Shown here: one piece after another, positions 40,101-52,152 of the stretch
How the letters are laid out: the number at the start of each line of letters is the position of its first letter
Numbering within the stretch: the first letter of the stretch is position 1
NCBI GenBank assembly: GCA_002633005.1
Contig: NMRA01000025.1
Coordinates: 1,506,548 to 1,570,547, forward strand
Direction of reading: 5' to 3'
DNA: 64,000 bases
Origin: Phoronis australis
Taxonomy: Eukaryota; Animalia; Phoronida
The notes under the pieces: generated by a model
The model's input: only the letters and a program-made list of their open reading frames with translations
Told to the model about the DNA's origin: nothing
The model's database searches: none
Translations under genes and position numbers: made by a program

Positions 40101-43100
40101 CATATGTAGGACTCTAAAAATTTTCAACTTTTTACCTGAACTTTGAAACATCACATCGTAGAAGAGCCTGAATTCATATGAAACTTTCAGATATTATATT
40201 TTTACACTTTTGCATTAGTAAATATACCTAAAAATAGGACTCACAATTTTATGAAAAAACTTTAAACTTGCATAAACAGAAAACGAAACGATAATTTAGA
40301 AAGCTATAACAGCATTTTCAAGACTTCACTGTGAACATTCGTATCACGTAACTGATCTTGCTGTTTTGCTATGAATGTACCTTTCCTTTTTTCGAAGTTT
40401 TACCAAAACGCATGGTCACATGAGCTTATTAATATCAGGCAATTAAATTCTACGAAATTTCTGCTACATATTTTTTTGTTAAATTCTAGTTTTGTAGATA
40501 TATGGCTAAATAGTACAAACTTGTCAATAACCTCCAACATAACATTAAAACAGGAATTGGTTTCAATCCGAGATGAGAAGTTCACTAGGTGCACGTATAC
40601 ATTACAAACATATCCTACTGCACTTACTGATAAATCCACCTTAAATGCCCATATTGCTTGAAGGAACACTTCCAGACGGAAGACTAAACTGCGTTACCTG
40701 AATAAGTGTCCTTCAGGTCATAAAAGGTCGCCAAAGTTCAGACTTGCAAAATTATGAAGCAGACAACAGGTGATTCATGGCTGATCACAATTTCCTAGAG
40801 CATATGACACTTGCATGTACTATAACCTCCTAATAAACTTCGATAATCACGATTGTAATAGACCACTCAAACATATTAAAACAATTACATACTGAGAGGG
40901 GTCCACTTGTCAGCATGAAGCATTATTCTGTTACTGGGGCCCCGTCCCAAATTCAACTATGACATAGGCAAAAATGAACAACACAATGTAATGGGTTCAC
41001 CTTCAGCAGCACAAATTGACAAGATTTGCAGTAAATGAAGGGTCCTTCAACTACCGATTCGTCCAGCACACCCCTCTTCACATAAAATTCCAGTGGTGTC
41101 CAGTAGTGTGCTCAACTGTTATCATGCCAACACACCTACTAGCACCACATTCCATAGTTTAATTGTAACTAATTGTAGCATTTTATATGTTTACATTCCC
41201 CCTGCTTCAAGTATATTAGCAATATGTTGTCAACTATTTATCTTATACAGTGAATGCACAGCCAGAACATGTCAACACTATGGTCAATAAACGCCCCCAC
41301 AATGGGAGGTCTCTTCACTGTAGTTCCCGGCCAGGATTTCATCAGCATTCATTAACACATTGACCAATCAGCTACTGTCTGTGTGTAAGCATTCATTCAT
41401 GACAACCTGGTTGCCAAAACCAAACACATGGCAGTAGTGAAAGGTCACAGAGTACTCAGGCCAAGAGGTGGACAGACACCAGGGTGTCATTGATCCCTAG
41501 ATACAAATGGAAATCTGATTTTAAATAGGCCAAGCTAAATCTGAAACAAATCTCCTTAGTGGTGGTGAATCATCTTTGGGGTAAAATCAATGAACTCCAG
41601 CATCAATGTTCACAGTTGGCAACATTTAAGAATTACAAAAACGGGACACCTGTGAAAAACCAGTACATTCAGAGGCAATAGTCGGATATAAGGTGCCCAC
41701 ATTTTGAGAAACAGGTTAATGCCCGTTATTCACTGGAGAAAATTGGCTCTCAAAATACGAGAATGTTATTTAAGGAATTACTCAGTTATGCAGGACATTT
41801 GGCTCTTTGCCAACATGCCTCAACAATTTTTTAGTTGAAGAAGGAAAATAGGGCTACATCGCATGGAAAATCACAGTAATAAATAAAAATAAACAAATTT
41901 TATTGTGCATCAGAAGCGGGACCTTTCGACGGTGTGTTGGGACAAACTTTCAAAAAGTGGGACATTACTGCCAATAGTGGGACAGTTAGCAAGTACACCT
42001 CAGGGGTACTAACATGTGTTAAACAACCAAAACAATGGATTACATTATAAATGATAAACCAAAACAACAGTTTTCAACAATGGCACTACATGGGCCTTTA
42101 ATAGCACCTGGACAAATACTTGGTACCACAGTTTGGTAGTATAGTGCCAATGACTCCCAATAGGAGTGACAAAAATACCGATATTCCACCAGCCAGCAGG
42201 AATCCATGGATACACGACTATTTGTGGAAGTAGTCCCGTTTATATTTTCCAATACATTTCATGCGTGCACCCAGCCTTCAACAAGGGGGGGGGCTTGAAT
42301 TCCTAACGTTGTGGACCTTTTGGTAACAAAATAGCCGGCGGACTAAAAAAAATGGGCGCACCACTGTGAATTGCGCATTTGTGCTTATTTAGTAGACTTT
42401 TGTCTCATTTTCTCGGACTTCTTGTTTCTCACACGCGGACCTTTTTGCCCACTTCGCAAAAAGGGAGGGCTCATTCGAGCCCCCCCCAAGACCCCCTGGG
42501 TGCGAGCATGCGTTTCCGAGATTTCGAAATACATGGAAAATCAGCCAATAGAAACACTTATTTTGTAACTTTAATTTGATAGGTGGTTTTGTCAGAATTA
42601 CAATAGTAAAAACTGGAATACACAATTTAATTCAAATACACAATAAGCCTGAAAAGTAATGACCTCTAGTCAACAGCCAAGGAATGTGCTTAGTTACATG
42701 CGGTGCAAAAGCACAAGAATGTGTAGAGAAAAGAACACCATGCATTAAAGCATACATCCTATATATTTTTACATGTAGTTAAATCACATTATCACCTAAT
42801 TTTGTAATTCTGATTACCGGTATCTGTAACATATTTTTTCTCTGGTGGCTTCATGGTTGGCGGACCCGGTGGGTCCTTCATGGAGTTTTCATAAGCTTTA
42901 ATTTGTATTAATTGTATTTTTTGTCTTAACGCGAATAAAGTGTATCACTACTACAACTACTGCTACTGCTGCTACTATGAGTAACCTTGATCCAAGAAAT
43001 CCAAGAACTTTTCAAGGACTTTTAAACCTAGTTCCAGGATTACGCAATGCAAATTCAACNCCCCCCCCCCCCCCAAGGAAATCTTAAGAAAGGGAAACAA

Positions 43101-46100
43101 ATACGCACACTTGATGTCACACATTTTCTCGACACTTTTATGCATAAAATACACATGGACATAATGAAAAACAGATACCGTTGGTATTTTCAAAATAAAG
43201 GATTTGCAGCAATAAAAAGTTAAAGTACCCTTTACCCAACTGATAATTAGGTCAAGGTTAAAGCAACACAAGGGTTTTCAAAGCCAAGGAAGAGTTCAGT
43301 AGCTGTCTCTCGCAACTAGAAAAATCTAGCCAAAATCATGAGTTCTCATTTAAAATACACAGCCATTTCTCACGTAATCTCGCAGTCTTGCTTTTTAGCA
43401 AAGGTCCAAGCGTTTTTTGAACTCTATCCAGGGTTCAATTCAAGAACTACTAGGCAGATCAAAGGTAAATGATTACATAACACTTCAAAGGCACAGCAGA
43501 CCCTTTATGTGCTTTTGAATTCCTGAACATTAGCTGTGTAAGATGCGATAACCTTTTTGTAATATCTCATCAACAAATCCGAAAACGTCCAGCACCTGAA
43601 CTTCAGCTCAGACTCCAAGACACGTAGCGCCTCTTGTGACCACATTCTCACCAGTACGATTGGCAAGCCAGTGCTCGCCAATCCGACCTCGGATCATGTT
43701 TGGCAGCCTGGGAAAATCCCAAGTTGTAATTGCAACTATCAAAGTCAGCAAATAATTCCCCCCGAAATTCATTTCAAGGTTCGTGTTGACTACCAAACTT
43801 TAAATTACTGACAGTTTTCCTAGATTTAATATCTCTGGTTCACAATTTTCAGTTTATTTGATAAAATCAGTGCACTTGCCGCCATAACAGTCAAACACGC
43901 TTAAATTACAACAGTAGGAAAACAGACGACAGTTGTAATTACCCGGCAAAAATCAGGCAAGATCGGTGAAACACGTGTCTCTATTATAAGCAATCGTGTG
44001 AGTTCTATGTTCATTGGCAGGAGGAACTGAGTTAGAAATTGAACCATAAATATTTTTTACAAGGACATATAGAAGGGGTAGGCGTTTCTGAAAACGGAGT
44101 ATATAGCACGAACTTTTTAGTCAAAATTTTAGTCAACGAACTCAGATTTCAAGTAGCGACCTGGGATTTTCGCCAAGTTGCCCCAATGTGACTTAGTGCC
44201 CATTTAATGTGGGACCTTGCTACTGAACGACAATGTGCGCTCGATTCAGAAAACAAAGAAAGCCCCATCAATAAGCAGAAAGTTTACACCATTAAATTAA
44301 ATTAAGTCTTTCTATATCAATTTTACAACAGTTGCCTCCAACAGTCATGTTGTGTATCTTCGTGTACTTCCAGTGTAGATCCCTTAGAATAACTACTGTT
44401 GTTCTCAAGATATTCGCTTTGAAACTAAGGTGACGTCAGACACCATCTTGGATTTCTGAACAAACCACCTTTACAAGCACTCCCTTGTTAAAAGTTATTC
44501 AACAACAGAATTTCCGGGGCCCTTGAGAGCACCTGCCTTATTGAACGCGCTTCTGCTTTGACAAATCATTTGTATTCTATTTTAGAAGTCGACACCATGC
44601 AGATAGATGACTTCTTTATTACAGATAGCAGCCCTCTTGCAACAGAACAGACCACTATGCATTACACATCTCAGGGGCGGATCCAGGATTTTGAGTTAGG
44701 GGGGGCTATGGCAGAGTATTAGCCAGGATTTTAGCCGTCAGACAAATGTAAACTGGGAGAATTTTAGGGGGGACCATGGTCCCCTTGGCCCCCCTCTAAA
44801 TCCGCCACTGCATCTGACGACAGCATAATTCCCATGCAATACATTCCAAATTGACATCCTAGTCACCTCACTTCCCAATATTATGAAGTGTCCCAAGCAA
44901 GTGCATTATTTGCATTCAATGAATTCAAGTTTAGATCTAGACGTCTTAGTTGCCCATTACTTAGTTGACGAAGTGCCCCCTAGCCAGTGCAGTTTGCATC
45001 CAATGCATCTAACGACAAAATCATTTACATCAAATGCAGTCTTGGCTCTGACTCATTAGTAATCCAACAGAAGGCAACCTATTTGTCCCAGCCATTCAGA
45101 AATGAAACAGGAGGTCTAGTGACTAAATCACTTACAACTGATGTTGTTCTCATTATAGAACTGACTACTATGCATTTGAAGTCTGGCCATGGTATCATTT
45201 ACATCTCACCCATTCAGTCTCAGATACTGACCTCTGTGTTACTGACTGAACAGCCCATTATAATTTATAAGAGCACTCAACATTGAAACAGTGCCCCATC
45301 CCCTCTAGTGTGGCCAAAGGTATCAAATTCCTCACATTAACTTCAATAGATTTTACACAGGTTGATTTTCTCGATTCCTAATCCTCATCTCTTCCCAAAG
45401 GCAATACTTGCTGGAGGTGTTGAGTAAATACAGATATGAGTTTCTCAAAAGTGTCAAAACATAAAACATCCATTCAAAACTCCAGGAAACAATTATACAA
45501 GATTATGCTGCCATTGGATTGGATTTAGGAATGAGGAATGACGCAACAGCCTTCAGAACAGTTCAGCAATAAACATATACAGTAGTTTAAAAAGAAGTTG
45601 AATTTTATTAGAATGACTCACTTCGTCAAGGTTTAGTCAAGAACACAGAAGGAAACAAATCAATTGAAATAATTTCAAAATAAGCAGGAAATATCGATCA
45701 TATAGTAAACTTTACTAAAATGCACAGGTGGATGTAGGGGCCACACTACGCCCCTCTACAGACAGCACAAAAAATGCTGTTGGCACCGTTTTTCTTCTAC
45801 AAAATAAATGCTTCAACAGACTAATTATCAGTGACGCGGAACATCACAATTAAAAATGTGTCACACGGATATATTTGCTTGAAAAAAATCCCCATGACCT
45901 ACTTTGAATGTTCAAAACATTGTGAATTTAACAAAGTTCAACTGTTCATTTCATCAGCGGCATTTCATGAGGAGGCCATTGTTATGGCTGCACCTTCTAT
46001 TGTAAAACTAATTTGCCCAGTTGTTATGTTGTTGGTTTACAATGAGGTCAAACTGCCCTGTTATTTGTGGCAGCCTGCCAAACTACTAAAGGCAGCTGTC

Positions 46101-49100
46101 AAGTTCAAAATAACATCAAACTAAACTGCGGTCAGGAAGATCAGAAAATTGATTTCACATAGTATAAACTATTGATGCACATGCCAAACTCACATTTATG
46201 GCATTAGACACAACTCAGAACTGTTAGACACATGTTAAGTCCAAATCCAAACATCTTCACCAAGGGGTGCACTGACAAAATACACAGCTAGATATCAATT
46301 AGGCTAGAATTGATTAAACAGGGCATGCACCTACATCCTGCAATCACCTTCTAGAGTTCAGGGTACCCGAACAACACAGCCAGCGAACTGATGAAACTCG
46401 CAAACGTATGCCCACAGTCAAAAACAGCAGCCAAAAGACATGGCCCACAGACTTGTATTTACTCACAAATGCAGTTCATTGATTATGCACACAGCTCCGG
46501 CACCCGTAAACATGGCAGACACACTATTCGCTGCGTTTGAGTATGAAAGTTGTGTTTTGTGAGTGTGGAAATATATAGTGTACAGAGCTTATCGGTCCAT
46601 GAGTCACATTCATAAATGCAAGAGCTGTCGTTGGAGAAACCTGCAATTTGTAGTTTTCAATTGAGGAATCAGAGACGTCAGGAAAATGTCAACACATGTA
46701 GGGATGGACCTCCCAAATGCCAACTGAAACCCAAAATATGCAGGTATTATGAAATAATACATAAAGGACAACAGTTCACCAATGGTCAAGACATCTGTTC
46801 AGACCAATTGGCCTTATATTACATAACAAACAAAAGTCTGCCAGACAAATTAACACATGTGACCAATAGACCACATCATAAAAACAGCACCAAGTTCAGC
46901 AGTTTGATAAAAGGTTGAGTTCCATGAAATGCAGTGAACAGTGGTGGCAATGACATGCTCAGAGATCCAGGGATAAAAGCACTCTGTACACAACCATGGG
47001 GAGCTAGGTTCAACGCTATACACCATATTCACGCTGTCGCCATTTAAAAAGAGAGCCTCTTTTTAGGTTTTAAAAACAACTGCATTCTGTGCAAAGCATG
47101 ATTTTTTTTGTGTGCCTCGTTGTATTAATGTCTCAAATGAATTTTTTTAAACCAGTTGATCCATTCTTGTTGTTTTATTTACTGATTTATATTCTTTATT
47201 TTAAACCTAAAAAAGGCTCACTACTAAAATGGCGACAGCGTGAATAAAGCCAAAAGGAAGGGCACTGAAACCACAAAACCTTCTACAGAAACCTGCAGAA
47301 TCCCTTCTCCATATTTCACGAAAGTGCTCCTGCTAAACCAGGATCATCAAAGATTGGAAGGAAGTCAGTCAGCTGACTCAAATTTTCACATTTGAGATTT
47401 TTTAGAAGTATCGTCATTTGTACAATTTCAAAAACCGTACGCTTGAAGCAGGCCTTGATCCCCTCCATGCCTTGTGTATATTTCATACACCCATGAAAAA
47501 TGGTGAAAACTGTCTGTGAATGGTCAATGTGCTGCAAAGAGCATGCAGATCCAAAAATCAAATGCTATAATGCTGCAAGTAAGTAGTTAAAATAGCAGGC
47601 AAGCATCTGGTAGTTCAATATATGAATATAGTTGTCCAAACACTGCTGACACTTATGGCACAATTACCAATGACCAACTGCAAAATTTATTAAAATCTCC
47701 TGTTTTCCAATATAATTGTAATGCAGTGAAATTATGTGACTTAAACAATGCAATATGCTCCAAGAAATGGTCAGAATAGAAAGTGTCAATTGAAGCTTTA
47801 TTTTTTATGACAGCAAACTTGAGCCACACCTATGTCATATTTAGAACCAAGTACACACAAAAAATATGTTTGTAATAATCAATAGTTCAGTAGGTGTCTG
47901 CAGTAGGTGTCTGCAGAGCAAACCCAGGCTCCATGTCTAACTGCAACAGCTCGAATAGGGTCAGCACCCCAGAAAAAATTAATGGTCAAATTTGGTAAAC
48001 TTCGAACATCTCAGAAGTGGCTGATCCTATTCACATCAAATTTTCAGATACTATGCTTTATGCAATCTATTCCAAAATGCTGTAACACTTGTTTTTAAAA
48101 TGTTCCGCCTTTGCATGAAGGTTAATTTTATGCTTTTCATGAAAAAGTTTAATAAAAGAAAATAATTTCAGACAATGTGATGGCATTTTTATTTGATATT
48201 GAACATTAATATCAAATGAAATTTGGTGTTATTCATACTGTTGCTTTGCTATCAATGTACCTTCTTTTTTCTACATTTTACTAAAAAGACATGGTCACAG
48301 ATTGGTAAAAAGACATGGTCACAGATTGGTAAAAAGTCTGAAATCAATTCTACAGGTATTCTAGTCAGAAAATGAATACTTTTACCAAGTTTAAATCTAC
48401 AATTGCGCAGGCATTTGGCTACATGCACACTTGTCGATAAGGTCTTGCATAACCTATTACCTCAGGAAACAAGAGGCGGAAGGGGAAGGGTCATTGGAGC
48501 TAAATTGTCCAAAACTACGGGCTGTGGCGGAATTGTTTTGCAAGTGGGGAATTGTCTTGCAAGTGGTAGATTTGTTCTGCAAGTGGAAAAAGCTGTCGTG
48601 GGACACAACCATGATAATCAAAAGATAAGGAATTTTTTAACAATGTGTCTAAAATTACAGATTTGAGACACCCAAGTTCGCATCCTGCCAGGATGGTGGC
48701 CTTATCTGCACATATGATACTTCTCAAGTTGCTGAATTCATGATTTTTTACCATTTTCGGACTAGTTTCAAATTCTTTGGAAATCAGACAAGTTTTAATG
48801 ACCTTTTACAAAGTTTTTGAATTTTTTCACAAACACATCCCGAGGTTGTTAACATTTGATTGCCAAAGTTTCCGACCTTTTGGGAGATAGACTAAATTTT
48901 CCACGATTAATCTTAAGGATTAGAGGCACAAGTGACTTTGGGATTTTTGTACCCACACAAAAGATCACAGTTCGTTTTGATGTGTAGTTTGGTTTAAGTT
49001 GAATACTAGAGGTCTAATTTACCAACTTCAACATATATACATAAATATTTCATTAAAAAGTTCGCATAAGGATTCTTGGAAATACTGTAATATGAAAAGA

Positions 49101-51107
49101 GCATCGTTCTTTTAGTCTGCTCTCGAGTACAACAAACCACGCTACAAAAACAAACTGAAAAATATGTTACTTCATTATCCTGGTGCTTTTTCTTGGGTTT
49201 AGTCACACGTCTGCCATGCACATTTGTTGAAAAACATGCAGCCCTTGGCAACATGAAAATCATCAGGTTGTAGCTTGCGAATTGGCCAAAATTCCAGCAT
49301 GCAATTCCAAAGTCCAGCTCACACACACAGATCCCAGGTATGTTCAACCCAAAAAACACTGTTGGTGCCATTATCTATTTTGCAAAGTACATATTTCTCA
49401 TTTTACTAAAAAAAACGCTCTTAGTGTATTTTCGTGCAAAGTGACAAGACAAGCAAGAGTTAGAGTTCCCAAGTCACACACTTGCGACTAATACAAATTG
49501 AACAAAACTTCACTTGCATTACCAAATGTGATATTGCAAGCTACTTGAAGTGCAGCTCTAACATGGCTCCTACAGTGAATCCAAAAATTTCTCATTGTGT
49601 GCTTGCATGGAATATGAACTGCTAACTTATCATGTAGAGACTTAAACCCTTCAGAAATTTGAATTTTAAAAGAGTTTTTTAACATTATCCATTATCCTTA
49701 AGCCTTCCTGAGCATCAATAGCACGTCTACCAAGGTAGATGTACCGCCTGAGGTATGGCTCAACCCATAGGCAGCAGTACTAACCAATTACTCTCTTAAT
49801 AAATACAGCGAATAACACCAAACAAAGCATGCATGTACCCAATTAAATTATAAACAACAAACTTCAAGACTCTGAAGACAATAAGTCAACATATTCATGA
49901 AATTCTGTCAAGTTTCAATTGCGGTTCTCTCACCAGCTACCATTTTGAGAAATTCGGAATTCTCCACAAATCCATATTAATTCCCAAAAACATGCTTCAT
50001 TGAGGATATAAATAAAACCAGAAAGGATCGCCGAAGAAAGTGAGCACAAAGTGTAAAATGTACCTTACAAGTGAAAACATCTTACTTAGTACACCTGGAA
50101 CTCGATTACTGCCATTTAAATACATGGGTCTAAAATACGTACATACTGGTAGATTGATAGGTAGCACTGTACATTGGTGAATGAGTTAAGGGACTATGCG
50201 TGTTGCCTATAGCACTGGACACATCACAAGCATAAATTTGATTTCCAAACCACAAATAAGAAAAGAGAGTGCAATCCATTTTCAAAAAAAAATTCGTTTT
50301 ATTACTGGCAGGAAAATAAAAATTAGGTGACTCTTCAAACTGTATTACCACATGTCTGTTGACATTTATTCCCAGCCATACCATTTTCAATCACCAAAAT
50401 CACAATACTTTTGCGTGAAAAATAAAATCCTGAAAACTGGAATAAATCAAGTAAGTGACAGCAATCAATGCACTTCATTCAGTCCTCAGTGGTCAAATAA
50501 ATAATTAGGTATACTAATTGACCTCTTAGTCTAAGTAAACTATGGATGGCATGGTCTTCTGTGGCATCAACACGCATTTTACGGACAATAGATCTCATTT
50601 TTGTACCATTCATAGAGCCCTCAAAGAACTTCACAACAATGTCTAATTGAGGAAGCATTTCAAAAAGCTAAAATACTGCCCTGGCATTGCCACATTACAT
50701 TCATAAAAACCAATCATAATTCGAATTCATCTCATGAACAAACGTATACACATTGGAAAGCTTTGTTCAATGAGGTCAAATCACATTTAACAGCATTTTA
50801 TCTGACAAACAACCTGATACCGGCTGATAACACAGACAGTGATGGCTGAGTGATGCAATACCTCAATAGGCATATGCGCATATGGCACGGCTACAGTACA
50901 GTGTATTGTAAACAAAACCACGTGTCTTACCGAGCCGGAATCTTGGAGAACTCCCTTTGGCGATACGAAGATACCGGACCCAATAATGGTTCCCACAACT
51001 ATGCCAATGCTATTAAACAATGTAATTTTCCGTTCTAAGACAACTTTTTCCAGGGTCACTGGACCATCAGTTTTATCGGAAGCCCCAGTCTTCCCCGAGT
51101 TAGCCAT
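22076..51107 (-). CDS. SLC7 family L-type amino acid transporter light chain (LAT1/LAT2/y+LAT-like), 11 exons, 495 aa
   Basis: Exons 51107-50931, 36829-36671, 34941-34806, 32261-32136 (duplicate 31042-30917), 28713-28563, 27577-27454, 27112-27009, 26354-26258, 24952-24803, 24031-23854, 22161-22076 total 1488 nt in frame. Motifs: [25 protein letters not shown], heavy-chain-linking Cys in [26 protein letters not shown]. Exact vertebrate orthologue not resolvable. Confidence 0.95.
22311..22376. repeat. 12-bp tandem repeat (AGCATTGATATC) x ~5
   Basis: Direct reading. Confidence 0.9.
22509..23311. mobile_element. Non-autonomous Helentron/HINE-like element with ~139-bp internal subrepeats
   Basis: Starts ACAAGAGC and ends with the CCACATAT-aa-ATATGTGG hairpin plus GCATAAAAA; periodic CCACTAG.. 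and CCAAATTTCA motifs. Confidence 0.5.
23515..23848. repeat. Purine-rich (GA/GGA) low-complexity tract
   Basis: Almost pure A/G on the plus strand; intronic. Confidence 0.8.
23854..24031 (-). CDS. SLC7 exon 10
   Basis: [11 protein letters not shown]...[15 protein letters not shown]; ttccag| and A|gtaagt. Confidence 0.92.
24803..24952 (-). CDS. SLC7 exon 9
   Basis: [22 protein letters not shown]...RPDMKRPIV; phase 0-0. Confidence 0.92.
26258..26354 (-). CDS. SLC7 exon 8
   Basis: [32 protein letters not shown]; ctgcag| and |gttagt. Not shown in frame in the ORF track. Confidence 0.92.
27009..27112 (-). CDS. SLC7 exon 7
   Basis: [35 protein letters not shown]. Confidence 0.92.
27454..27577 (-). 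CDS. SLC7 exon 6
   Basis: [24 protein letters not shown]...AVAV. Confidence 0.93.
28563..28713 (-). CDS. SLC7 exon 5
   Basis: [26 protein letters not shown]. Confidence 0.93.
30917..31042 (-). CDS. SLC7 exon 4, copy A
   Basis: [35 protein letters not shown]; phase 1-1. Confidence 0.8.
31665..32594. repeat. Duplicate of ~30409-31376 (probable uncollapsed haplotype)
   Basis: Near-identical colinear sequence; copy A ends at the N at 31377. Confidence 0.9.
32136..32261 (-). CDS. SLC7 exon 4, copy B
   Basis: Same as copy A except L->M (LALML). Confidence 0.8.
32757..32835 (+). mobile_element. Degenerate tRNA-derived SINE head
   Basis: A-box-like TGGCTTAGTG (32764) and B-box-like GGTTTGAGTCC (32808); no intact cloverleaf. 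Confidence 0.5.
34806..34941 (-). CDS. SLC7 exon 3
   Basis: [45 protein letters not shown]. Confidence 0.93.
35105..35328. mobile_element. Harbinger-like MITE
   Basis: GGGCTTGTTCC...GGAACAAGCCC TIRs. Confidence 0.65.
36671..36829 (-). CDS. SLC7 exon 2
   Basis: [53 protein letters not shown]. Confidence 0.95.
42260..42510 (+). mobile_element. CATGCGCGCACCC-type MITE
   Basis: cattt|CATGCGTGCACCC...GGGTGCGAGCATG|cgttt. Confidence 0.75.
42835..42977 (+). mobile_element. Probable LINE/SINE 3' tail
   Basis: GGACCC-ggt-GGGTCC stem-loop, AATAAA, then a (CTA/CTG)n tail. Confidence 0.45.
44672..44810 (-). mobile_element. CAGTGGCGGA MITE, inverted relative to 4071, with CATCT 5-bp TSD
   Basis: catct|CAGGGGCGGATCC...TCCGCCACTG|catct. 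Confidence 0.85.
44940..45300 (+). mobile_element. Possible decayed non-LTR retrotransposon fragment
   Basis: Frameshifted peptide resembling the region C-terminal to LINE RT (..[12 protein letters not shown]..). Weak. Confidence 0.25.
47026..47246. mobile_element. MITE with ~45-bp TIRs
   Basis: TATTCACGCTGTCGCCATTT...AAATGGCGACAGCGTGAATA. Internal segment 47153-47195 is the reverse complement of ~17392-17432. Confidence 0.75.
48283..48335. repeat. 24-bp direct tandem duplication
   Basis: AAAAAGACATGGTCACAGATTGGT x2. Confidence 0.85.
50931..51107 (-). CDS. SLC7 exon 1
   Basis: MANSGK...[36 protein letters not shown]|gtaaga. Confidence 0.93.
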
Positions 51108-52006
51108 CTTAGCGATTCACCGGTTTCTCGGGTTTTGTTGAATGAAAAATCCTCCCTTCGCGACAAACTGGTGGTGATTCCGTCTCCTAGTCTTGGAGTG
51201 GATCGAATAATGAAGGTTATTCTGCGACCTCTTGTTTCTTTATTTCACAGTTGGCATCCTTTCAAAGAGCGTACCCGCCAACACGAGTTTTATATTGGTA
51301 CAAATGTGAGCCGTACCGGAAATAAGTTGGAATGGTTTATATACTAGGGTAGATAGAAATTTATGTATTCTAAGAATGTTTAAAATATATGACACCATTT
51401 CAAAAAAAGCTTAATAGTTAGTGATATTTCTTGACGAATACTCAAACATAGAAGTAAAGTGAAATTTTAAAAAGCTTTTAAGCATGAGGTAACACTTAAT
51501 TGCCTTCACACCCCTATGCATAATATGTTGATGTTGACTATTTGAAATCCTTTTCGTCTTAAAAACTTTTCCTGTTTTGTACTTAACAAATGGTATTAAT
51601 TAATAATCAAATACACCAACTGCAATTTTAAGCGTACAAGAATATTACGACACGTTAAAATATTGTTAGCTCGTATTTGTCTCGAGACTTTTTAAATATA
51701 CCCTCGGAGACAAACTATTGAAAACAGAAAATAGCAGAAAAAGAAGAAAATGCAATTCTGTATCTGTAGGCTACCTCGGCAAAAATCCAACAATCTACAT
51801 AATTACTATTTAGAAATGTTAAAAAGAATTTTACTTTAATGACTGAAACTATTTAATGAAATTTTAACAGGGGAAGTAATTCAACCCGGAAATGTGTTGA
51901 ATGCTGAAAACCGAGATGTCATAGGCAGCTGTTTTTCTATATTGTTTTTCGACTAACGGGAGCCTCCGTATAATCCCAGCCGTCAGCTGCTTCTACAACT
52001 GTCAGT
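51108..52006. promoter_or_regulatory. Candidate bidirectional promoter between SLC7 and LZTR1
   Basis: Divergent ATGs 899 nt apart; ETS-type CCGGAAAT cores at 51316 and 51886. Confidence 0.6.
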
Positions 52007-52152
52007 ATGGCCATCGCTCGACCAGTGGGAGTCGATGTAGATTTGGGTTGGCATGAGAGTGCCGAGTGTTTGACGCTTGATTTTGGTCCGTTTGAAAACA
52101 CAGTTCACAAATGGACGTGCATGCCTGAATGCGACGAATTTGTCGGTGCCAG
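52007..52152 (+). CDS. LZTR1: LZTR1 exon 1
   Basis: [28 protein letters not shown]; AG|gtcggt. Confidence 0.9.
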
